A stretch of 29,520 bases of DNA from a virus. Taxonomy: Duplodnaviria; Caudoviricetes. The DNA lies in IMG/VR virus record IMGVR_UViG_3300017646_000100, positions 1 through 29,520 of that record, one strand, 5' to 3'. Positions 11,201 through 17,731 of the stretch are shown here, piece after piece (positions within the stretch are counted from its first letter, which is position 1; each line of letters begins with the position of its first letter). Made by a program: the position numbers and the translations under genes. Below the pieces are notes generated by a model. It ran no database searches, had not been told where the DNA came from, and was given only the letters and a program-made list of their open reading frames with translations.

Positions 11201-11692
11201 TGTGAGGTTCGCGGGCGTCACGATTAGCGCACGTTTGACCAGGCCACGGGCCTTGAGTTCCTTAAGCAGCAGCCCGGCCATGATCGTCTTGCCCGCCCCT
11301 GGGTCATCTGCCAGCAGAAAACGGATGCGCGGTAGCTTTAGAAAGTAGCCATAGACTGCTTCCAACTGGTGCGGCAGCGGATCAACGCGGGCAATGGAGA
11401 GGGAAAAGAACGGGTCGTATTCGTAGGCGAGTCCGAGTCGCTGGGCTTCGACCCCCAGTCGAAACAGGCGGGCGTCGCCATCGAACGGCTCGCGATCTGC
11501 GGAGATAGTAAGCTGTGCGAGCTGCGAGGCATTCAGAACCGGATCGTAGGTCAAACCGGATTTCAGCCCCCGCCCGATGATCTTGAGCGACTCTCCCATC
11601 GGCACGATGGCGAGCACCTCAACCCGTTCTGGTAGCGTTGGTCCGCTTACCAGACAGCCGGGTCTGATCATGTTGCTGGTGCTTGCGGTCAT
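8216..11692 (-). CDS. SNF2-family helicase with C-terminal DUF3883 (PD-(D/E)xK-like) domain
   Basis: 1158 aa. LLADDPGAGKT (motif I), VIVDEAH, MTATPH, TEAAGEGINLQ and EQRVGRIHRYGQ; C-terminal GFDLIS...IEVKG. Confidence 0.9.
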   Translation of the reverse strand: MTASTSNMIRPGCLVSGPTLPERVEVLAIVPMGESLKIIGRGLKSGLTYDPVLNASQLAQLTISADREPFDGDARLFRLGVEAQRLGLAYEYDPFFSLSIARVDPLPHQLEAVYGYFLKLPRIRFLLADDPGAGKTIMAGLLLKELKARGLVKRALIVTPANLTFQWQRELSDKFREKFDVIRGDVLRANYGQNPWQERDQVITSVSWVSIIEDARESLLRSQWDLVIVDEAHKMSAPADDRKTYAYRLGEALSKMTDHYLLMTATPHKGDPDHFRRFLALLDPDVYGSIQSLQQALRDHEAPFYLRRTKEALVTFPAPDTGEVRKLFTKREVRTAAFDLDGEELDFYDELTRYVEDQSMAAAGQETARARAVGFTMAMLQRRMASSVYAVRRSLERMRARRQKILDDPDAYRQEQIERKLPEDFEDLTEEERQALIDRLEDEVLSVDPAALREEIGRLTQLVVQAKQLEERDIQTKLLKLKAILKEEGIFDNPRMKLLIFTEHKDTLDYLAGDGRDERPLGKLREWGLTLTQIHGGMKIGDRDTPGTRIYAEREFRESAQVLVATEAAGEGINLQFCWLMVNFDIPWNPVRLEQRVGRIHRYGQEKNCVVFNFVAQNTREGRVLQKLIERLKEIREDLGSDQVFDVVGEVFPSNLLEKLFREMYARQLDEHQLQDRIVRDVSPERFRQITESTLEGLAKKELNLSAIVGKSVEAKERRLVPEVIEQFFIAAAPDTGLQPKRLDGKEKTTNRCNVYRVGKVPRHLVEIGNRQEDRFGRLGREYGKIVFDKALLGTDPTLEWVTPGHPLFETVRTDVVSRTEDSLRRGAVFYDLHRSAPGLIDVFAASIKDGRGHCLHRRLFVIETLPTGEMRIHEPTLLHDITPAPLGTPAPEQAIPDRSQVELFLYQNSLEPWVRKESAAREREVARIASHVEISLNSLIDRQNNQLGEFLNRQIEGQTVTGLDGIISQAEQHLDDLNNRLETRRKELELERHCAVADITHLGRAWIVPHPERASPQLAPMVRDDEIERIAVQLAIAHEEARGWVVESVESENRGFDLISRRPHPEDPQTFVEVRFIEVKGRAGVGVVALSSNEYQTAVRLKGDYWLYVAFNCGGTPQMHTIQNPAQLGWQPVMAVEHYQIGPQVVVSAQSTEQKTS

Positions 11693-11728
11693 TGCAGTGC
11701 GCCTGAATGTGCTTGGTGGAGCGAATGA

Positions 11729-11941
11729 TTATCGTGGCTTGGGTGCCACGTCTGGCCCCGCCGCCTTGCCGCCGCGGACCCAATCGTCGACTTCTTCCTT
11801 CCTGAACTTCCACAAGCTTCCGAGCTTGTGAGCGGGCATGTTCTTGCGTTCGATCCACTTGTAGACGGTGTCGCGTTTGATGCCCAAATAGCCGGCAATC
11901 TCATCCACGGACAACCAGCGATCACTGGTTATGTCGTTCAT
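11729..11941 (-). CDS. Excisionase-like (HTH_17 / MerR-type) DNA-binding protein leading the defence operon
   Basis: 70 aa from ATG 11941: WLSVDEIAGYLGIKRDTVYKWI...PAHKLGSLWKFRKEEVDDW. Confidence 0.88.
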   Translation of the reverse strand: MNDITSDRWLSVDEIAGYLGIKRDTVYKWIERKNMPAHKLGSLWKFRKEEVDDWVRGGKAAGPDVAPKPR

Positions 11942-12022
11942 CGAAAACCTCTGCGCGTACAGAGTTTGGGGGGAGTTCTGGAGCACCCTCCGAGGAGAGC
12001 CTGTCCAATTCATCCCGTGGCA

Positions 12023-12043
12023 ATCGGCTCAATCATAGCCGAT
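12023..12043 (-). promoter_or_regulatory. Putative operator: inverted repeat enclosing a -10-like TATGAT upstream of the defence operon
   Basis: ATCGGCT(12023-12029)-N7-AGCCGAT(12037-12043). Minus-strand TATGAT at 12037-12032. No convincing -35 box. Confidence 0.35.
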
Positions 12044-12183
12044 ATGCTAGCAAGGCGAAACCAGCGAAATCGCCCAAAATGTGGGGTCGCCGTCAACAAG
12101 AAGACGCGGAAAGGGACTCACCAACCCAACGCTTTTCCAACGCTCCATGCGAGCACATTTCGGCGATCACGGAAGTCGAGATA

Positions 12184-13641
12184 TCATCGTTCCGTCTCGG
12201 ACAGCAGCGATTGCATGGCGGCGCGGTTGCCGGCGACTGCCCGGTAGCGTTGGTACAAGGCTTGATTCGGCGAGCTTTTGCGGTCGCCACTGGAGGCCTG
12301 GGCTGGGTGCCAGAGATGGTAGAGCGGGTGGTCGAAGCGGATGCCGTCGGGCAGGATGCATTTGACGGCCATTTGCCAGGCGTCGTCCTCTCGGCCCCAA
12401 CCGGCGAAGCGACCGTCGAAGGGGACGTGCTGTAGCGTCGACTTGGCGACTACCAGCAGGCCGCCGCCGACATTTCCGACGTAGGGCTGCCGTTCACAGG
12501 CGCTTCGGGGCGTGGGGTAGTGGCCGGCGTAGAGGCGTTCGGTCACCGAGCGGGTCAGCCGGTGAACCTTGCCATGCGGCGTCGCCCAGGGCGCTCCAGC
12601 GGCCACGGCTTCGATGGCGTCGACCAGTCCATAGCTCCAGACGTCGGCGTCGGTGATTACGAGTATATCGTGAGACGCGCGAGCCACGCCGTTCATGATG
12701 GCCCGGCTGCGGTTGAAGGGGGCGTCGCCAGTTCCACTGTCATCGGAAGGGACGATTTCCGCATTAGGGAACGCCTCGACGATCTTTCTCCGAACCCACT
12801 CCCATGCGCGGGAGCGAGGTTCGTCCAGCTCGCGGCAGGGGACAACGACAGAGAATGGAGTTTCGGCCTTCGGCGCATCGGGTTCGCGGAACTGGGCCGT
12901 GAGTTCTGTCCAATCCTTTTCGAGCGCCGGCGTCAACTGTTTGATTGATTCACTCTGCCTCGCGGCGACCTGCTCGTATCCTTCTTTGCGGTTTAACCCC
13001 GAGATGTGCCATCCGCAGGGTGTGGTGCCCCAGCGATAGATGTAGCTCGGGCGCGGATCAAAGCGAATCGGATCGGCGCGCCGCAGGCTTGCCGCTTTGA
13101 ATCGCCGTAACAGTCCTTGGTCCTGGCCGCTCTGAATCCAGGGGTAGCCGCCGACCCGCTCGAATGCCGCGCGACGGAACGCCCATGCGCCGTGAAACAT
13201 CTGCCCATTGGGCTTGGGGGCGAGGCGCTTGCGATTCTCGGTGTAAAGGGCCGTGGGGATCGTGTAATCCGCGCCGGTTTGCTCCAGGGCCGCGACCGCC
13301 GCCGTGACGTGCCACGGCAGGTACACGTCATCATCGTCCCACACGCAGTAGATCGTCGCGTCAGACGAAGACAGCGCCGCCGAAGCGTTGCGCTTTTCGC
13401 CAAGAGTGCGGAAGCGATGGGGTGTGGTGATGAGCTTGACGCCGGGGGCGGTGATCGCATCGGGCGCGTACTGGCCCGCGTCGTCGAGTACGATCAGTTC
13501 GCGTAGTTCGGCCGGATAGTCCTGATGCAGAAAGCATTCGACGGCATTGGCTAGCTCGCGCGGCCGTTTGTAGGTCGGGCAGAGGCAAGCCACCTTGGGC
13601 TGATGGGGGGAATCTTCATTCGTCACGTTCCAACTGCTCAT
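12184..13641 (-). CDS. Two-domain glycosyltransferase (GT2 / GT-A fold twice; second domain galactosyltransferase-like)
   Basis: Start ATG 13641 overlaps the upstream TGA (ATGA); 485 aa. Domain 1: CLCPTYKRP, LIVLDD, LGEKRN, WDDDD. Domain 2: VVVPCR, FNRSRA, ITDAD, FAGWGREDD, YHLWH. Confidence 0.85.
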   Translation of the reverse strand: MSSWNVTNEDSPHQPKVACLCPTYKRPRELANAVECFLHQDYPAELRELIVLDDAGQYAPDAITAPGVKLITTPHRFRTLGEKRNASAALSSSDATIYCVWDDDDVYLPWHVTAAVAALEQTGADYTIPTALYTENRKRLAPKPNGQMFHGAWAFRRAAFERVGGYPWIQSGQDQGLLRRFKAASLRRADPIRFDPRPSYIYRWGTTPCGWHISGLNRKEGYEQVAARQSESIKQLTPALEKDWTELTAQFREPDAPKAETPFSVVVPCRELDEPRSRAWEWVRRKIVEAFPNAEIVPSDDSGTGDAPFNRSRAIMNGVARASHDILVITDADVWSYGLVDAIEAVAAGAPWATPHGKVHRLTRSVTERLYAGHYPTPRSACERQPYVGNVGGGLLVVAKSTLQHVPFDGRFAGWGREDDAWQMAVKCILPDGIRFDHPLYHLWHPAQASSGDRKSSPNQALYQRYRAVAGNRAAMQSLLSETER

Positions 13642-14690
13642 GCCGCGATCCTCCCTTGTGCTTGCAATGCCTGAAACACCTGCTCCCAACCGGCCCAGAT
13701 GACGTCGGGGCTGGCGAGTTCCTCGACAAGCCGCTTCCGCGCGGCGTGGATAATCCGCATCCGCAGGTCTTCGTCGTAGGCGAGCAGGGCCGTGTAGTGG
13801 GCCAGTTCTTCGTCGCAGTTGCCGAGAAAACCAGTGACGCCGTGCTCGATCATTTCTCGCCAGCCCCACTCGTTCTGCGCGACGACCGGCACGCCTGCGG
13901 CGAACGCTTCCAGCCCCGCGCGGGGCCAGTTTTCGCGAGCGCCGCCGTTGACCGGCAGGGTGCAGTGCAACTGGCGGAAGAAATCCTGCGCGGAGAGCGC
14001 CATCGGCTGGAGGCAGTCGGCCCAGGCCGGCGCTTTGCCGAGCTTCGCGTGGGTGCGGTCATTCATGCCGAGCATCAGTGCCCGCTTGGGGCGATACTGG
14101 ATGCGCTCATAGATCGGCCAGGTGTTGCTCGACCATTTGTCGGCATCGGGCCGGGCGGCGCGGCCGACGACGAACGCTTCACCAGCGGCGTGCCGGCGTG
14201 GATGGAAGGGCCACTCATCGGCGTCGAACGCCCCGCGGATCAGATGCCCTTGGGCCGGCTTGTAGCCGAAATTGGCCAGTTGCGGCTCGAGTTGTTCGCG
14301 CTGAAACTCGCTCTGAAACACGAAGGCGTCGAACGGGCCGCTACTGCGGTAAAAGTCGCGCTCGGCGTTGAACAGCCACGTCATGCAGTTGACCCACACC
14401 ATGCGGCATCCCAGGTCACGCAACCGTTTGGCATTGGCCAGAAATGCGCTGTTGCAGAAACTGACAACCATCGCACCGGCGAGACCTGGCACTTTTTCCA
14501 ACGTCTCGGCCGTAGCCGTATGGGTCACGCAGCCGAGTTCATCGAGGCGCGATTTCCACTTCTCATCCGCGCCCCAGGTCGGGATGAGGTGAACCTCGAC
14601 GCCGAAGCGCCGCCAGATCTTCACCGTGTGCCACGCCTCGGTCGAGGCCCCGCCCAGGTCGCCCGGATAGCCCATCAAGAACACTTGCAT
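13638..14690 (-). CDS. Glycosyltransferase family 4 (GT-B fold)
   Basis: 350 aa. PGDLGGA N-terminal loop and E-x7-E motif ENWPRAGLEAFAAGVPVVA followed by EMIEHGVTGFL. AAGGAG RBS (14706-14701) overlaps the upstream stop codon. Confidence 0.87.
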   Translation of the reverse strand: MQVFLMGYPGDLGGASTEAWHTVKIWRRFGVEVHLIPTWGADEKWKSRLDELGCVTHTATAETLEKVPGLAGAMVVSFCNSAFLANAKRLRDLGCRMVWVNCMTWLFNAERDFYRSSGPFDAFVFQSEFQREQLEPQLANFGYKPAQGHLIRGAFDADEWPFHPRRHAAGEAFVVGRAARPDADKWSSNTWPIYERIQYRPKRALMLGMNDRTHAKLGKAPAWADCLQPMALSAQDFFRQLHCTLPVNGGARENWPRAGLEAFAAGVPVVAQNEWGWREMIEHGVTGFLGNCDEELAHYTALLAYDEDLRMRIIHAARKRLVEELASPDVIWAGWEQVFQALQAQGRIAA

Positions 14691-14704
14691 CGAATGGTTG
14701 CTCC

Positions 14705-16933
14705 TTAAGATGACGAATCGCCCGACAATGACGGCCCGCTCGACGACGAGCTTTCGCTGGACGAGCTTTCAACAGGCGGCGTTGACGGTGAACTCGGCGT
14801 CGGAACGCTGCCGCTTGGTGAACTGCTGCTAGGCAGCGAACCACTCGACGCCGGATCGCTGCTGCTGGTTGAACTACTTGATGACGTGGTCGACGAGGAG
14901 CTTTCCATCGAACTGCTTGCCGGCGTTTCACCGCTGGATGCCGAGGGCGTCGAGGGTGCGGATGGACCGGACGAGCCCGATAGTGCGGAGGAGGAAACGT
15001 CGCTGGACAGCGAGTCGCTTGATGAGCTCACGCTGCTGCTGTGCCCGCTGGAGGATTCGTCGCTGGCGGACATCTCGCTCGATGAGTTCGACGAGGACGA
15101 ACAATCCTCACCGCTGCTGGACGGGGAATTGCTGCTTTCGCTCCATGAGGATGAACTGCCGCCGCTTGAACTGCTCGGTCCCGAACTTGACGACGAACCC
15201 TCGGATGAACTTGAACTGGCGGACGAACCGGAACTCGATGACGACGAGGATGACGAACTGCTAATCGACGAGCTGGACGAATTGGAACTGCTCGACTCGG
15301 AATCGCTGCTTGATGCACTGTCGCTCGACTCGCTGCTGCTGGAGGACGAGTCGCTCGAACTGCTGCTCGCCCCGCTGGACGAGGTGCTACTGCTGGAAGA
15401 AGAACTGCTGGAACTACTGCTACTGCTCAATGTGCATTCGCAGTCGCGCACGCGACGCTCGAATCGCCACTCGCTTACGCTCGACACCTCTTGCACGGTC
15501 AGCGTGCGACTTTCCACGTCGATGCACTCTTGGCAAGGGGCGGGCGTGAAGCGGAATTCCTGCACGGTTCCACCCGGCGGCGGCTGATCGCTGGAACTGC
15601 TGCTGGATTCCGACGAACTCTCACTGCTCGAACTACTGGAGGATGAACTGCTCGACGAGCTAGAGCAGCACTCGCAACAGCAGCAGCCTGCTTCGTGGCT
15701 GTGTAGCCAGGGGCCTTCCAACTTGCTCAGCATGCCGCCTTCGAGCTTGATCGTCACGTTGCGCTTGTAGACCCGCAGCTTGCGCCCTTCGCAGCGGACG
15801 TCAGTTTCCTGAAGCGTCACTGCGCTCGACGGCGGGCCGCTCGACGAACTGCTTTCGCTCGACGAGGACTCGCTGCTCGAAGATTCGCTGCTGGACGACT
15901 CGCTCGAACTGCTCGACGACGATTCGTTGGAACTGCTGCTGGAGGAACTGCTGTCACTCGACGAACTGCTGCTGCTCGAAGAAGAACTTAACGAGGATGA
16001 ACTGGAACTTGACGACGAAGAAGAACTGCTTGACGAACTAGATGATGACGAGGACGAACTCGAATCCTCGCAACAGCCTTCGCCGAGTTGCACGACTTCC
16101 CACTTACGGCTGTCAGCCATCCACTTGGCCCAGCCGAACGTGCCGGCGGGAACGCTCGTGGTCTTGCCGCATCCACACCCGCCGCCGGAGGACGCCTCCG
16201 AATTGCAGAGGTCGGGGCAGACGACGCCCAGCGAGTCGTAGACCGTGAACAGACAATCGGCCTCGCACCAGCCTCCCTCAGGCGGTGTCTGCGGGCACGG
16301 CAGGTCCGCCTTCGAGCCGTCGGCGATAATCCGCGCTGCGGGAGCCGAACCGCACCGGCTGAGCGATTCCATCAGCTTGAATCGCCGAAAGTCCTCTGGG
16401 TAGTTCGCTAGCCGAACAACGGCCCATTGCCCGCCGGTGCCACCTTCGCGCCACAGAATGCGGGCCGCGCCTACCGGGCGGCTCACCAGCGCCGTGGGGT
16501 CGCAGTGCTTCACGTCCGCGAACTCGTGGCACTGGTCCTCGACCTCGATGTAGGCCGGGCAGACGCCGCTCACCCAGGCGCGGCCGATCTTGCCCTTTCG
16601 CAGCGGGTCAAGCAGGATCACGAACCGATTGAAATGCGCCGGATGCTTCGGCCGCACGCCGACGAGGGCCACCTGATTCTTGAACTCCCGCAAGTGCGAT
16701 TCCGGTGAGATGATGGGCGAATCGATCCCCAGCACGTGGAACCGCAACCGATCGTCGCCGCTGGAGTTGCGGACCTTGATGATGTCCCCTTGGCGAATCT
16801 GATCGAGCGCGTCGGCCAGTTGGTCGTGCTTCTTCCCCTTCTGCGCGCGAACCGTGTCCAAGAAGGAGTTCCACACCTCCGAGGAAAACTCCAGCGGCTG
16901 GCCGGTCTGGGTCTTTTTGAAGCGGTCGCCCAT
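14705..16933 (-). CDS. Cys-cluster / poly-serine virion protein at the tail-tip or fibre position
   Basis: 742 aa. Globular N-terminal region of about 290 aa, then three Ser tracts separated by short beta-like domains. ATG directly follows the upstream TAA. Function inferred from gene position. Confidence 0.7.
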   Translation of the reverse strand: MGDRFKKTQTGQPLEFSSEVWNSFLDTVRAQKGKKHDQLADALDQIRQGDIIKVRNSSGDDRLRFHVLGIDSPIISPESHLREFKNQVALVGVRPKHPAHFNRFVILLDPLRKGKIGRAWVSGVCPAYIEVEDQCHEFADVKHCDPTALVSRPVGAARILWREGGTGGQWAVVRLANYPEDFRRFKLMESLSRCGSAPAARIIADGSKADLPCPQTPPEGGWCEADCLFTVYDSLGVVCPDLCNSEASSGGGCGCGKTTSVPAGTFGWAKWMADSRKWEVVQLGEGCCEDSSSSSSSSSSSSSSSSSSSSSSSSLSSSSSSSSSSSDSSSSSSSSNESSSSSSSESSSSESSSSESSSSESSSSSGPPSSAVTLQETDVRCEGRKLRVYKRNVTIKLEGGMLSKLEGPWLHSHEAGCCCCECCSSSSSSSSSSSSSSESSSESSSSSSDQPPPGGTVQEFRFTPAPCQECIDVESRTLTVQEVSSVSEWRFERRVRDCECTLSSSSSSSSSSSSSSTSSSGASSSSSDSSSSSSESSDSASSSDSESSSSNSSSSSISSSSSSSSSSSGSSASSSSSEGSSSSSGPSSSSGGSSSSWSESSNSPSSSGEDCSSSSNSSSEMSASDESSSGHSSSVSSSSDSLSSDVSSSALSGSSGPSAPSTPSASSGETPASSSMESSSSTTSSSSSTSSSDPASSGSLPSSSSPSGSVPTPSSPSTPPVESSSSESSSSSGPSLSGDSSS
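14708..16063 (-). repeat. Three poly-serine low-complexity coding tracts (15839-16063, 15590-15664, 14708-15427)
   Basis: 75, 25 and 240 codons respectively, with mixed TCN/AGY codons. Confidence 0.9.
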
Positions 16934-17719
16934 TTAGGTTCCGATCCCCAGGCCAGAGAAGTCGCCATACTCGTAGACCTGCTCGACGTAGGCCGCGATC
17001 GGTTTCTTGATGAGCGTCTTGGCGGCGTTGTCCTCCTCGTCGGCGAACCGAATCCAGAGGTAATGCCAGCCTTCTTTGTCGATGCCCGTGATGTTCCCCA
17101 GCGTCAGGCCGCTGACATTCGGGCTGGCGGCGAAACGGAAGGTGATCTCCCAATCGTCGAAGCCGCGTTTCGCACCGCTTGCGCCTAGGAACAGCACTTC
17201 CCCACGAGCAAAGCCTTTGAACGCGCCGTCGTTCACCTTGCCGGTCAGGAAGAAGAGCGCCGCTTTGTAGCCGCCGGTGACGAGCGCGTCGTCGATCTGG
17301 TGCGTCTCGGTGAAGTTGTAGACCGGGACCGTGATGTCGGTCCCTTCGATCTGATCCTGGTTGACGCCAATCGCGCCTTGGAAATCGGGGGCGACTTCCC
17401 CCGGTGCTGCGTAGCGGCCGACCGTGGATAGTCCTTGCGTGATATGAACGTTGCCGCCACCCGTGTCGAACGTGAACTGGGACTCGTCTTCGAGCTTCAC
17501 GTAGCGAACAGCGCATTCCCACACGCCGCCGCCGACGGTCGAGATGGTGAAGCTGTCTCGCTTCAGCCCGTCGTAGAACGCGGGCGCGGTAGCCGCCACG
17601 AGCGCTTTCACCTGCAAATCGTCGTCGGTGCCCTGGACGACGTAGAGCAACTCCGTGTTCGGGTCTTCGCTCTCGGTCGCCTCGCGGCTGTTGTATCGTT
17701 CGTCGATAGTGATGGGCAT
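16934..17719 (-). CDS. Phage tail protein downstream of the tape measure (distal tail / hub-like), function inferred
   Basis: 261 aa, acidic and beta-rich, located between the tape measure and the Ser-rich gene and tightly packed with both. Confidence 0.65.
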   Translation of the reverse strand: MPITIDERYNSREATESEDPNTELLYVVQGTDDDLQVKALVAATAPAFYDGLKRDSFTISTVGGGVWECAVRYVKLEDESQFTFDTGGGNVHITQGLSTVGRYAAPGEVAPDFQGAIGVNQDQIEGTDITVPVYNFTETHQIDDALVTGGYKAALFFLTGKVNDGAFKGFARGEVLFLGASGAKRGFDDWEITFRFAASPNVSGLTLGNITGIDKEGWHYLWIRFADEEDNAAKTLIKKPIAAYVEQVYEYGDFSGLGIGT

Positions 17720-17731
17720 AGTTCATCCGTG

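Larger units (their letters stand above)
164..11941 (-). other. Anti-phage defence operon: HTH - SNF2 helicase - DUF1156 methylase - DUF499 ATPase - GmrSD-like nuclease (Hma / restriction-like architecture)
   Basis: Five co-oriented genes; helicase and methylase overlap by GTGA, and methylase and ATPase are 2 nt apart. The helicase + DUF1156 + DUF499 combination matches known Hma / Gao restriction-like defence systems. Confidence 0.8.

Noticed and set aside
11729-11941. HTH gene as the prophage excisionase marking an att site
   Set aside because: No integrase, tRNA or direct repeat nearby; such HTH genes commonly lead restriction-like operons.
12045-12052. TGCTAGCA palindrome resembling the half-sites at 26345-26358
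   Set aside because: Only 8 bp, with different half-site spacing; likely chance.
13642-13869. Longer 5' end of the GT2 ORF, and similar extensions of 20938-22311, 22551-24683 and 26353-26673
   Set aside because: The extensions are Arg-rich out-of-frame overlaps with real upstream genes; coupled downstream starts exist.
14708-16063. Recurring GACGAACTGCT-like words suggesting a CRISPR array or tandem repeat
   Set aside because: Irregular spacing, no fixed repeat-spacer period and no cas genes; explained by Ser codon combinations.
14886-16241. Plus-strand Leu/Glu/Asp-rich ORFs (14886-15587, 15927-16241)
   Set aside because: They are the antisense shadow of the Ser codons; they have no RBS, and the minus-strand gene is coupled to both neighbours.
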